Source of the DNA: Mobula hypostoma
Lineage: Eukaryota
Direction of reading: 5' to 3'
DNA: 64,000 nucleotides
Assembly: GCF_963921235.1 (NCBI RefSeq)
Contig: NC_086097.1
Location: forward strand, 100,566,001-100,630,000
In this document: positions 1 through 15,100 of the stretch, piece after piece
Position numbering within the stretch: the first letter of the stretch is position 1
Layout: each line of letters begins with the position of its first letter
Position numbers and translations under genes: made by a program
The notes under the pieces: generated by a model
The model's input: only the letters and a program-made list of their open reading frames with translations
Database searches by the model: none
What the model was told of the DNA's origin: nothing

Positions 1-190
1 TCTGGGGTTGTACACCTAATGGGTTCATTTATTTCTCACTTTTTCTGCTTAGTAGGTTTTTTTTTGTTACCACAAAATCTTTTTCAATCTTTCAGATGAT
101 GTCTTTATTGAGACATTGCAAGTGTTGTTAATCCAATGTACTCATGTAATTTCTTTTGTATAATATAAAAATAAAAAGACTTAAAAAGAA
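1..190 (+). mobile_element. AT-rich unique flank resembling the 3' UTR/tail of a polyadenylated element (possibly a non-LTR retrotransposon 3' end)
   Basis: T-rich non-coding sequence ending in ...tgtataatataaaaataaaaagacttaaaaagaaa, with AATAAA at 170-175 then an A-rich tail running directly into the array. No ORF or family-diagnostic motif is visible, so the call rests on architecture only. Confidence 0.35.
170..175 (+). promoter_or_regulatory. Candidate polyadenylation signal AATAAA
   Basis: Exact hexamer followed by an A-rich stretch (176-191). It could be chance in AT-rich DNA. Confidence 0.35.
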
Positions 191-3100
191 AGATTACTGT
201 TCATTCATATCAACACGCTTTCTCCCATTCCACAGTGAGATTACTGTTCAATCATAACAACACCCTTTCTCCCATTCCACAGTGAGATTACTGTTCAATC
301 ACACCGACAGCCTTTCTCCCATTCCACAGTGAGATTACTGTTCAATCACACCGACACCCTTTCTCCCATTCCACAGTGTGATTACTGTTCAATCACACCG
401 ACACCCTTTCTCCCATTCCACAGTGAGATTACTGTTCAATCACAACGACACCCTTTCTCCCATTCCACAGTGAGATTACTGTTCAATCACACCGACACCC
501 TTTCTCCCATTCCACAGTGAGATTACTGTTCAATCACATCGACACCCTTTCTCCCATTCCACAGTGAGATTACTGTTCAATCACACCGACACCCTTTCTC
601 CCATTCCACAGTGAGATTACTGTTCAATCACACCGACACCCTTTCTCCCATTCCACAGTGAGATTACTGTTCAATCACACCGACACCCTTTCTCCCATTC
701 CACAGTGAGATTACTGTTCAATTACACCGACACCCTTTCTCCCATTCCACAGTGAGATTACTGTTCAATCACACCGACACCCTTTCTCCCATTCCACAGT
801 GAGATTACTGTTCAATCACACCGACACCCTTTCTCCCATTCCACAGTGAGATTACTGTTCAATCATATCAACACCCTTTCTCCCATTCCACAGTGAGATT
901 ACTGTTCAATCACACCGACACCCTTTCTCCCATTCCACAGTGAGATTACTGTTCAATCACACCGACACCCTTTCTCCCATTCCACAGTGAGATTACTGTT
1001 CAATCACACGACACCCTTTCTCCATTCACGTGAGATTACTGTTCAATCACAACTTCCACAGTGAGATTACTGTTCAATCACACCGACACCCTTTCTCCCA
1101 TTCCACAGTGAGATTACTGTTCAATCATATCAACACCCTTTCTCCCATTCCACAGTGAGATTACTGTTCAATCACACCGACACCCTTTCTCCCATTCCAC
1201 AGTGAGATTACTGTTCAATCACACCGACACCCTTTCTCCCATTCCACAGTGAGATTACTGTTCAATCACACCGACACCCTTTCTCCCATTCCACAGTGAG
1301 ATTACTGTTCAATCACACCGACACCCTTTCTCCCATTCCACAGTGAGATTACTGTTCAATCACACCGACACCCTTCTCCCATTCCACAGTGAGATTACTG
1401 TTCAATCACACCGACACCCTTTCTCCCATTCCACAGTGAGATTACTGTTCAATCACACCGACACCCTTTCTCCCATTCCACAGTGAGATTACTGTTCAAT
1501 CACACCGACACCCTTTCTCCCATTCCACAGTGAGATTACTGTTCAATCACACCGACACCCTTTCTCCCATTCCACAGTGAGATTACTGTTCAATCACACC
1601 GACACCCTTTCTCCCATTCCACAGTGAGATTACTGTTCAATCACACCGACACCCTTTCTCCCATTCCACAGTGAGATTACTGTTCAATCACACCGACATC
1701 CTTCCTCCCATTCCACAGTGAGATTACTGTTCAAACATATCAACACCCTTTCTCCCATTCCACAGTGAGATTACTGTTCAATCACACCGACTTTACATTC
1801 TCCCATTCCACAGTGTGATTGCTGTTCAATCACACCGACACCCTTTCTCCCATTCCACAGTGAGATTACTGTTCAATCACACCGACACCCTTTCTCCCAT
1901 TCCACAGTGAGATTACTGTTCAATCACACCGACACCCCTTCTCCCATTCCACAGTGAGATTACTGTTCAATCACACCAACACCCTTTCTCCCATTCCACA
2001 GTGAGATTACTGTTCAATCACACCGACACCCTTTCTCCCATTCCACAGTGAGATTACTGTTCAATCACACCGACACCCTTTCTCCCATTCCACAGTGAGA
2101 TTACTGTTCAATCACACCAACACCCTTTCTCCCATTCCACAGTGAGATTACTGTTCAATCACACCGACACCCTTTCTCCCATTCCACAGTGAGATTACTG
2201 TTCAATCACACCGACACCCTTTCTCCCATTCCACAGTGAGATTACTGTTCAATCACACCGACACCCTTTCTCCCATTCCACAGTGAGATTACTGTTCAAT
2301 CACACCGACACCCTTTCTCCCATTCCACAGTGCGATTACTGTTCAATCACACCAACACCCTTTCTCCCATTCCACAGTGAGATTACTGTTCAATCACACC
2401 GACACCCTTTCTCCCATTCCACAGTGAGATTACTGTTCAATCACACCGACACCCTTTCTCCCATTCCACAGTGAGATTACTGTTCAATCACATCAACACC
2501 CTTTCTCCCATTCCACAGTGAGATTACTGTTCAATCACACCGACACCCTTTCTCCCATTCCACAGTGAGATTACTGTTCAATCACACCGACACCCTTTCT
2601 CCCATTCCACAGTGAGATTACTGTTCAATCACACCGACACCCTTTCGCCCATTCCACAGTGAGATTACTGTTCAATCACACCGACACCCTTTCTCCCATT
2701 CCACAGTGAGATTACTGTTCAATCACACCGACACCCTTTCTCCCATTCCACAGTGAGATTACTGTTCAATCACACCGACACCCTTTCTCCCATTCCACAG
2801 TGAGATTACTGTTCAATCACACCGACACCCTTTCTCCCATTCCACAGTGAGATTACTGTTCAATCACACCGACACCCTTTCTCCCATTCCACAGTGAGAT
2901 TACTGTTCAATCACACCGACACCCTTTCTCCCATTCCACAGTGAGATTACTGTTCAATCACACCGACACCCTTTCTCCCATTCCACAGTGAGATTACTGT
3001 TCAATCATATCGACACCCTTTCTCCCATTCCACAGTGAGATTACTGTTCAATCACACCGACACCCTTTCTCCCATTCCACAGTGAGATTACTGTTCAATC

Positions 3101-6100
3101 ACACCGACACCCTTTCTCCCATTCCACAGTGAGATTACTGTTCAATCACACCGACACCCTTTCTCCCATTCCACAGTGAGATTACTGTTCAATCACACCG
3201 ACACCCTTTCTCCCATTCCACAGTGAGATTACTGTTCAATCACACCGACACCCTTTCTCCCATTCCACAGTGAGATTACTGTTCAATCACACCGACACCC
3301 TTTCTCCCATTCCACAGTGAGATTACTGTTCAATCACACCGACACCCTTTCTCCCATTCCACAGTGAGATTACTGTTCAATCACACTGACACCCTTTCTC
3401 CCATTCCACAGTGAGATTACTGTTCAATCATACCGACATCCTTTCTCCCATTCCACAGTGAGATTACTGTTCAATCACACGGACACCCTTTCTCCCATTC
3501 CACAGTGAGATTACTGTTCAATCACATCAACACCCTTTCTCCCATTCCACAGTGAGATTACTGTTCAATCATACCGACACCCTTTCTCCCATTCCACAGT
3601 GAGATTACTGTTCAATCACACCGACACCCTTTCTCCCATTCCACAGTGAGATTACTGTTCAATCACACCGACACCCTTTCTCCCATTCCACAGTGAGATT
3701 ACTGTTCAATCACACCGACACCCTTTCTCCCATTCCACAGTGAGATTACTGTTCAATCACACCGACACCCTTTCTCCCATTCCACAGTGAGATTACTGTT
3801 CAATCACACCGACACCCTTTCTCCCATTCCACAGTGAGATTACTGTTCAATCACACCGACACCCTTTCTCCCATTCCACAGTGAGATTGCTGTTCAATCA
3901 CACCGACACACTTTCTCCCATTCCACAGTGAGATTACTGTTCAATCACACCGACACCCTTTGTCCCATTCCACAGTGAGATTACTGTTCAATCACACCGA
4001 CACCCTTTCTCCCATTCCACAGTGAGATTACTGTTCAATCACACCGACACCCTTTCTCCCATTCCACAGTGAGATTACTGTTCAATCACACCGACACCCT
4101 TTCTCCCATTCCACAGTGAGATTACTGTTCAATCACACCGACACCCTTTCTCCCATTCCACAGTGAGATTACTGTTCAATCACACTGACACCCTTTCTCC
4201 CATTCCACAGTGAGATTACTGTTCAATCACACCGACACACTTTCTCCCATTCCACAGTGAGATTACTGTTCAATCATACCGACACCCTTTCTCCCATTCC
4301 ACAGTGAGATTACTGTTCAATCACACCGACACCCTTTCTCCCATTCCACAGTGAGATTACTGTTCAATCACACCAACACCCTTTCTCCCATTCCACAGTG
4401 AGATTACTGTTCAATCATACCGACACCCTTTCTCCCATTCCACAGTGAGATTACTGTTCAATCACACCGACACCCTTTCTCCCATTCCACAGTGAGATTA
4501 CTGTTCAATCAAAATGACACCCCTTCTCCCATTACACAGTGAGATTACTGTTCAATCAACCGACACCCTTCCCCATTCCACAGTGAGATTACTGTTCAAT
4601 CACACCGACACCCTTTCTCCCATTCCACAGTGAGATTACTGTTCAATCACATCAACACCCTTTCTCCCATTCCACAGTGAGATTACTGTTCAATCATAAC
4701 CGACACCCTTTCTCCCATTCCACAGTGAGATTACTGTTCAATCACACCGACACCCTTTCTCCCATTCCACAGTGAGATTACTGTTCAATCACACTGACAC
4801 CCTTTCTCCCATTCCACAGTGAGATTACTGTTCAATCACACCGACACCCTTTCTCCCATTCCACAGTGAGATTACTGTTCAATCACACCGACACCCTTTC
4901 TCCCATTCCACAGTGAGATTACTGTTCAATCACACCGACACCCTTTCTCCCATTCCACAGTGAGATTACTGTTCAATTACACCGACACCCTTTCTCCCAT
5001 TCCACAGTGAGATTACTGTTCAATCATACCGACACCCTTTCTCCCATTCCACAGTGAGATTACTGTTCAATCACACCGACACCCTTTCTCCCATTCCACA
5101 GTGAGATTACTGTTCAATCACATCAACACCCTTTCTCCCATTCCACAGTGAATTTATTGTTCAATCATACCGACACCCTTTCTCGCATTCCACAGTGAGA
5201 TTACTGTACAATCACACCGACACCCTTTCTCGCATTCCACAGTGAGATTACTGTTTAATCAAAATGACACCCCTTCTCCCATTACACAGTGAGATTACTG
5301 TTCAATCGCACTGACACCCCTCCCCCATTCCACAGTGAGATTACTGTTCAATCACACCGACACCCTTTCTCCCGTTCCACAGTGAGATTACTGTTCAATC
5401 ATACCGACACCCTTTCTCCCATTCCACAGTGAGATTACTGTTCAATCACACCGACACCCTTTCTCCCATTCCACAGTGAGATTACTGTTCAATCACACCG
5501 ACAGCCTTTCTCCCATTCCACAGTGAGATTACTGTTCAATCACATCAACACCCTTTCTCCCATTCCACAGTGAATTTATTGTTCAATCATACCGACATCC
5601 TTTCTCCCATTCCACAGTGAGATTACTGTACAATCACACCGACACCCTTTCTCCCATTCCACAGTGAGATTACTGTTCAATCACACCGACACCCTTTCTC
5701 CCATTCCACAGTGAGATTACTGTTCAATCATACCGACACCCTTTCTCCCATTCCACAGTGAGATTACTGTTCAATCACACCGACACCCTTTCTCCCATTC
5801 CACAGTGAGATTACTGTTCAATCACACCAACACCCTTTCTCCCATACTGTTCAATCACACCGACACCCTTTCTCCCATTCCACAGTGAGATTACTGTTCA
5901 ATCACACCGACACCCTTTCTCCCATTCCACAGTGAGATTACTGTTCAATCACACCGACACCCTTTCTCCCATTCCACAGTGAGATTACTGTTCAATCACA
6001 CCGACACCCTTTCTCCCATTCCACAGTGAGATTACTGTTCAATCACACCGACACCCTTTCTCCCATTCCACAGTGAGATTACTGTTCAATCACACCGACA

Positions 6101-9100
6101 CCCTTTCTCCCATTCCACAGTGAGATTACTGTTCAATCACACTGACACCCCTTCTCCCATTCCACAGTGAGATTACTGTTCAATCACACCGACACCCTTT
6201 CTCCCATTCCACAGTGAGATTACTGTTCAATCACACCGACACCCTTTCTCCCATTCCACAGTGAGATTACTGTTCAATCACACCGACACCCTTTCTCCCA
6301 TTCCACAGTGAGATTACTGTTCAATCACACCGACACCCTTTCTCCCATTCCACAGTGAGATTACTGTTCAATCATATCGACACCCTTTCTCCCATTCCAC
6401 AGTGAGATTACTGTTCAATCACACCGACACCCTTTCTCCCATTCCACAGTGAGATTACTGTTCAATCACACCGACACCCTTTCTCCCATTCCACAGTGAG
6501 ATTACTGTTCAATCACACCGACACCCTTTCTCCCATTCCACAGTGAGATTACTGTTCAATCACACCGACACCCTTTCTCCCATTCCACAGTGAGATTACT
6601 GTTCAATCATACCGACACCCTTTCTCCCATTCCACAGTGAGATTACTGTTCAATCACACTGACACCCTTTCTCCCATTCCACAGTGAGATTACTGTTCAA
6701 TCACACCGACACCCTTTCTCCCATTCCACAGTGAGATTACTGTTCAATCACACCGACACCCTTTCTCCCATTCCACAGTGAGATTACTGTTCAATCACAC
6801 CGACACCCTTTCTCCCATTCCACAGTGAGATTACTGTTCAATCACACCGACACCCTTTCTCCCATTCGACAGTGAGATTACTGTTCAATCACACTGACAC
6901 CCCTTCTCCCATTCCACCGTGAGATTACTGTTCAATTACACCGACACCCTTTCTCCCATTCCACAGTGAGATTACTGTTCAATCATACCGACACCCTTTC
7001 TCCCATTCCACAGTGAGATTACTGTTCAATCACACCGACACCCTTTCTCCCATTCCACAGTGAGATTACTGTTCAATCACATCAACACCCTTTCTCCCAT
7101 TCCACAGTGAATTTATTGTTCAATCATACCGACACCCTTTCTCGCATTCCACAGTGAGATTACTGTACAATCACACCGACACCCTTTCTCCCATTCCACA
7201 GTGAGATTACTGTTTAATCAAAATGACACCCCTTCTCCCATTACACAGTGAGATTACTGTTCAATCGCACTGACACCCCTCCTCCCATTCCACAGTGAGA
7301 TTACTGTTCAATCACACCGACACCCTTTCTCCCATTCCACAGTGAGATTACTGTTCAATCACACCGACACCCTTTCTCCCATTCCACAGTGAGATTACTG
7401 TTCAATCATACCGACACCCTTTCTCCCATTCCACAGTGAGATTACTGTTCAATCACACCGACACCCTTTCTCCCATTCCACAGTGAGATTACTGTTCAAT
7501 CACACCGACACCCTTTCTCCCATTCCACAGTGAGATTACTGTTCAATCACACCGACACCCTTTCTCCCATTCCACAGTGAGATTACTGTTCAATCACACT
7601 GACACCCCTTCTCCCATTCCACAGTGAGATTACTGTTCAATCACACCGACACCCTTTCTCCCATTCCACAGTGAGATTACTGTTCAATCACACCGACACC
7701 CTTTCTCCCATTCCACAGTGAGATTACTGTTCAATCACACCGACACCCTTTCTCCCATTCCACAGTGAGATTACTGTTCAATCACACTGACACCCTTTCT
7801 CCCATTCCACAGTGAGATTACTGTTCAATCACACCGACACCCTTTCTCCCATTCCACAGTGAGATTACTGTTCAATCACACCGACACCCTTTCTCCCATT
7901 CCACAGTGAGATTACTGTTCAATCACACCGACACCCTTTCTCCCATTCCACAGTGAGATTACTGTTCAATCACACCAACACCCTTTCTCCCATTCCACAG
8001 TGAGATTACTGTTCAATCACACCGACACCCTTTCTCCCATTCCACAGTGAGATTACTGTTCAATCACACCGACACCCTTTCTCCCATTCCACAGTGAGAT
8101 TACTGTTCAATCATATCAACACCCTTTCTCCCATTCCACAGTGAGATTACTGTTCAATCAAACCGACACCCTTTCTCCCATTCCACAGTGAGATTACTGT
8201 ACAATCACACCGACACCCTTTGTGGCATTCCACAGTGAGATTACTGTTCAATCACACTGACACCTCTTCTCCCATTACACAGTGAGATTACTGTTCAATC
8301 ACACCGACACCCTTTCTCCCATTCCACAGTGAGATTACTGTTCAATCACACCGACACCCTTTCTCCCATTCCACAGTGAGATTTCTGTTCAATCACACCG
8401 ACACCCTTTCTCCCATTCCACAGTGAGATTACTGTTCAATCAGTACGACACCCTTTCTCCCATTCCACAGTGAGATTACTGTTCAATCACACTGACACCC
8501 TTTCTCCCATTACACAGTGAGATTACTGTTCAATCACACCAACACCCTTTCTCCCATTCCACAGTGAGATTACTGTTCAATCACACTGACACCCCTTCTC
8601 CCATTCCACAGTGAGATTACTGTTCAATCACACCGACACCCTTTCTCCCATTCCACAGTGAGATTACTGTTCAATCACACCGACACCCTTTCTCCCATTC
8701 CACAGTGAGATTACTGTTCAATCATATCGACACCCTTTCTCCCATTCCACAGTGAGATTACTGTTCAATCACACCGACACACTTTCTCCCATTCCACAGT
8801 GAGATTACTGTTCAATCACACCGACACCCTTTCTCCCATTCCACAGTGAGATTACTGTTCAATCACACTGACACCCTTTCTCCCATTCCACAGTGAGATT
8901 ACTGTTCAATCACACCAACACCCTTTCTCCCATTCCACAGTGAGATTACTGTTCAATCACACCGACACCCTTTCTCCCATTCCACAGTGAGATTACTGTT
9001 CAATCACACCGACACCCTTTCTCCCATTCCACAGTGAGATTACTGTTCAATCACACCGACACCCTTTCTCCCATTCCACAGTGAGATTACTGTTCAATCA

Positions 9101-12100
9101 CACCGACACCCTTTCTCCCATTCCACAGTGAGATTACTGTTCAATCACACCGACACCCTTTCTCCCATTCCACAGTGAGATTACTGTTCAATCACACCGA
9201 CACCCTTTCTCCCATTCCACAGTGAGATTACTGTTCAATCACACTGACACCCTTTCTCCCATTCCACAGTGAGATTACTGTTCAATTACACCGACACCCT
9301 TTCTCCCATTCCACAGTGAGATTACTGTTCAATCACACCGACACCCTTTCTCCCATTCCACAGTGAGATTACTGTTCAATCACACCGACACCCTTTCTCC
9401 CATTCCACAGTGAGATTACTGTTCAATCACATCAACACCCTTTCTCCCATTCCACAGTGAATTTATTGTTCAATCATACCGACACCCTTTCTCGCATTCC
9501 ACAGTGAGATTACTGTACAATCACACCGACACCCTTTCTCGCATTCCACAGTGAGATTACTGTTTAATCAAAATGACACCCCTTCTCCCATTACACAGTG
9601 AGATTACTGTTCAATCGCACTGACACCCCTCCCCCATTCCACAGTGAGATTACTGTTCAATCACACCGACAGCCTTTCTCCCATTCCACAGTGAGATTAC
9701 TGTTCAATCACATCAACACCCTTTCTCCCATTCCACAGTCAATTTATTGTTCAATCATACCGACATCCTTTCTCCCATTCCACAGTGAGATTACTGTACA
9801 ATCACACCGACACCCTTTCTCCCATTCCACAGTGAGATTACTGTTCAATCACACCGACACCCTTTCTCCCATTCCACAGTGAGATTACTGTTCAATCACA
9901 CCGACACCCTTTCTCCCATTCCACAGTGAGATTACTGTTCAATCACACTGACACCCCTTCTCCCATTCCACAGTGAGATTACTGTTCAATCACACCGACA
10001 CCCTTTCTCCCATTCCACAGTGAGATTACTGTTCAATGACATGGACACCCTTTCTCCCATTCCACAGTGAGATTACTGTTCAATCACACCGACACCCTTT
10101 CTCCCATTCGACAGTGAGATTACTGTTCAATCACACTGACACCCTTTCTCCCATTCCACAGTGAGATTACTGTTCAATCACACCGACACCCTTTCTCCCA
10201 TTCCACAGTGAGATTACTGTTCAATCACACCGACACCCTTTCTCCCATTCCACAGTGAGATTACTGTTCAATCACACCGACACCCTTTCTCCCATTCCAC
10301 AGTGAGATTACTGTTCAATCACATCAACACCCTTTCTCCCATTCCACAGTGAGATTACTGTTCAATCATATCGACACCCTTTCTCCCATTCCACAGTGAG
10401 ATTACTGTTCAATCAAACCGACATCCTTTCTCCCATTCCACAGTGAGATTACTGTTCAATCATATCAACACCCTTTCTCCCATTCCACAGTGAGATTACT
10501 GTTCAATCATACCGACACCCTTTCTCCCATTCCACAGTGAGATTACTGTTCAATCACACCGACACCCTTTCTCCCATTCCACAGTGAGATTACTGTTCAA
10601 TCACACCAACACCCTTTCTCCCATTCCACAGTGAGATTACTGTTCAATCACACCGACACCCTTTCTCCCATTCCACAGTGAGATTACTGTTCAATCACAC
10701 CGACACCCTTTCTCCCATTCCACAGTGAGATTACTGTTCAATCACACCGACACCCTTTCTCCCATTCCACAGTGAGATTACTGTTCAATCACACCGACAC
10801 CCTTTCTCCCATTCCACAGTGAGATTACTGTTCAATCACACCGACACCCTTTCTCCCATTCCACAGTGAGATTACTGTTCAATCACACTGACACCCTTTC
10901 TCCCATTCCACAGTGAGATTACTGTTCAATCACACCGACACCCTTTCTCCCATTCCACAGTGAGATTACTGTTCAATCATATCAACACCCTTTCTCCCAT
11001 TCCACAGTGAGATTACTGTTCAATCACACCGACACCCTTTCTCCCATTCCACAGTGAGATTGCTGTACAATCACACCGACACCCTTTGTGGCATTCCACA
11101 GTGAGATTACTGTTCAATCACACTGACACCTCTTCTCCCATTCCACAGTGAGATTACTGTTCAATCACACCGACACCCTTTCTCCCATTCCACAGTGAGA
11201 TTACTGTTCAATCACACCGACACCCTTTCTCCCATTCCACAGTGAGATTACTGTTCAATCACACCGACACCCTTTCTCCCATTCCACAGTGAGATTACTG
11301 TTCAATCACACCGACACCCTTTCTCCCATTCCACAGTGAGATTACTGTTCAATCACACTGACACCCTTTCTCCCATTCCACAGTGAGATTACTGTTCAAT
11401 CACACAGACACCCTGTCTCCCATTCCACAGTGAGATTACTGTTAAATCACACTGACACCCTTTGTCAAATTCCACAGTGAGATTACTGTTCAATCACACC
11501 GACACCCTTTCTCCCATTCCACAGTGAGATTACTGTTCAATCACACCGACACCCTTTCTCCCATTCCACAGTGAGATTACTGTTCAATCACACTGACACC
11601 CTTTCTCCCATTCCACAGTGAGATTACTGTTCAATCACACCGACACCCTTTCTCCCATTCCACAGTGAGATTACTGTTCAATCACACCGACACCCTTTCT
11701 CCCATTCCACAGTGAGATTACTGTTCAATCACATCAACACCCTTTCTCCCATTCCACAGTGAATTTATTGTTCAATCATACCGACACCCTTTCTCGCATT
11801 CCACAGTGAGATTACTGTTCAATCACACCGACACCCTTTCTCCCATTCCACAGTGAGATTACTGTTCAATCAAAATGACACCCCTTCTCCCATTCCACAG
11901 TGAGATTACTGTTCAATCGCACTGACACCCCTCCTCCCATTCCACAGTGAGATTACTGTTCAATCACACCGACACCCTTTCTCCCATTCCACAGTGAGAT
12001 TACTGTTCAATCACATCAACACCCTTTCTCCCATTCCACAGTGAATTTATTGTTCAATCATACCGACACCCTTTCTCCCATTCCACAGTGAGATTACTGT

Positions 12101-15100
12101 TCAATCACACCGACACCCTTTCTCCCATTCCACAGTGAGATTACTGTTCAATCACACTGACACCCTTTCTCCCATTCCACAGTGAGATTACTGTTCAATC
12201 ACACCGACACCCTTTCTCCCATTCCACAGTGAGATTACTGTTCAATCACACTGACACCCTTTCTCCCATTCCACAGTGAGATTACTGTTCAATCACACCG
12301 ACACCCTTTCTCCCATTCCACAGTGAGATTACTGTTCAATCATACCGACACCCTTTCTCCCATTCCACAGTGAGATTACTGTTCAATCACACCGACACCC
12401 TTTCTCCCATTCCACAGTGAGATTACTGTTCAATCACACTGACACCCTTTCTCCCATTCCACAGTGAGATTACTGTTCAATCACACCGACACCCTTTCTC
12501 CCATTCCACAGTGAGATTACTGTTCAATCACACCGACACCCTTTCTCCCATTCCACAGTGAGATTACTGTTCAATCACACCGACACCCTTTCTCCCATTC
12601 CACAGTGAGATTACTGTTCAATCATATCAACACCCTTTCTCCCATTCCACAGTGAGATTACTGTTCAATCACACCGACACCCTTTCTCCCATTCCACAGT
12701 GAGATTACTGTTCAATCACACCGACACCCTTTCTCCCATTCCACAGTGAGATTACTGTTCAATCACATCAACACCCTTTCTCCCATTCCACAGTGAATTT
12801 ATTGTTCAATCATACCGACACCCTTTCTCGCATTCCACAGTGAGATTACTGTACAATCACACCGACACCCTTTGTGGCATTCCACAGTGAGATTACTGTT
12901 CAATCACACTGACACCTCTTCTCCCATTACACAGTGAGATTACTGTTCAATCATACCGACACCCTTTCTCCCGTTCCACAGTGAGATTACTGTTCAATCA
13001 CACCGACACCCTTTCTCCCATTCCACAGTGAGATTACTGTTCAATCACACCGACACCCTTTCTCCCATTCCACAGTGAGATTACTGTTCAATCACACCGA
13101 CACCCTTTCTCCCATTCCACAGTGAGATTACTGTTCAATCACACTGACACCCTTTCTCCCATTCCACAGTGAGATTACTGTTCAATCAGTCCGACACCCT
13201 TTCTCCCATTCCACAGTGAGATTACTGTTCAATCACACTGACACCCCTTCCCATTCAATGAATTTTTCACCACACTTTCTCCCATTCCACAGTGAGATTA
13301 CTGTTCAATCACACCGACACCCTTTCTCCCATTCCACAGTGAGATTACTGTTCATTCATATCGACATCCTTTCTCCCATTCCACAGTGAGATTACTGTTC
13401 AATCACACCGACACCCTTTCTCCCATTCCACAGTGAGATTACTGTTCAATCACACCGACACCCTTTCTCCCATTCCACAGTGAGATTACTGTTCAATCAC
13501 ACTGACACCCTTTCTCCCATTCCACAGTGAGATTACTGTTCAATCACACCAACACCCTTTCTCCCATTCCACAGTGAGATTACTGTTCAATCACACCGAC
13601 ACCCTTTCTCCCATTCCACAGTGAGATTACTGTTCAATCACACTGACACCCTTTCTCCCATTCCACAGTGAGATTACTGTTCAATCACACCGACACCCTT
13701 TCTCCCATTCCACAGTGAGATTACTGTTCAATCACACCGACACCCTTTCTCCCATTCCACAGTGAGATTACTGTTCAATCACACCGACACCCTTTCTCCC
13801 ATTCCACAGTGAGATTACTGTTCAATCACACCGACACCCTTTCTCCCATTCGACAGTGAGATTACTGTTCAATCACACTGACACCCCTTCTCCCATTCCA
13901 CAGTGAGATTACTGTTCAATCACACCGACACCCTTTCTCCCATTCCACAGTGAGATTACTGTTCAATCATACCGACACCCTTTCTCCCATTCCACAGTGA
14001 GATTACTGTTCAATCACACCGACACCCTTTCTCCCATTCCACAGTGAGATTACTGTTCAATCACATCAACACCCTTTCTCCCATTCCACAGTGAATTTAT
14101 TGTTCAATCATACCGACACCCTTTCTCCCATTCCACAGTGAGATTACTGTTCAATCACACCGACACCCTTTCTCCCATTCCACAGTGAGATTACCATTCC
14201 ACAGTGAGATTACTGTTCAATCACACCGACACCCTTTCTCCCATTCCACAGTGAGATTACTGTTCAATCACACCAACACCCTTTCTCCCATTCCACAGTG
14301 AGATTACTGTTCAATCATACCGACATCCTTTCTCCCATTCCACAGTGAGATTACTGTTCAATCACACCGACACCCTTTCTCCCATTCCACAGTGAGATTA
14401 CTGTTCAATCACACCGACACCCTTTCTCCCATTCCACAGTGAGATTACTGTTCAATCACACCGACACCCTTTCTCCCATTCCACAGTGAGATTACTGTTC
14501 AATCACACTGACACACCTCTCCCATTCCACAGTGAGATTACTGTTCAATCACACCGACACCCTTTCTCCCGTTCCACAGTGAGATTACTGTTCAATCACA
14601 CCGACACCCTTTCTCCCATTCCACAGTGAGATTACTGTTCAATCACACCGACACCCTTTCTCCCATTCCACAGTGAGATTACTGTTCAATCACACTGACA
14701 CCCTTTCTCCCATTCCACAGTGAGATTACTGTTCAATCACACCGACACCCTTTCTCCCATTCCACAGTGAGATTACTGTTCAATCACACCGACACCCTTT
14801 CTCCCATTCCACAGTGAGATTACTGTTCAATCACACCGACACCCTTTCTCCCATTCCACAGTGAGATTACTGTTCAATCATATCAACACCCTTTCTCCCA
14901 TTCCACAGTGAGATTACTGTTCAATCACACCGACACCCTTTCTCCCATTCCACAGTGAGATTACTGTTCAATCACACCGACACCCTTTCTCCCATTCCAC
15001 AGTGAGATTACTGTTCAATCACATCAACACCCTTTCTCCCATTCCACAGTCAATTTATTGTTCAATCATACCGACATCCTTTCTCCCATTCCACAGTGAG

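Noticed and set aside
78..100. Splice acceptor-like tctttttcaatctttcag followed by ATGATG
   Set aside because: There is no supporting exon, donor or meaningful ORF downstream, and such motifs are common in T-rich DNA.
1005..1060. Garbled, shortened units (also ~13,250-13,280, ~28,270-28,360, ~49,430-49,460, ~50,430, ~63,340)
   Set aside because: Multiple scattered indels seen only once each look like long-read or consensus errors rather than insertions or functional sites.
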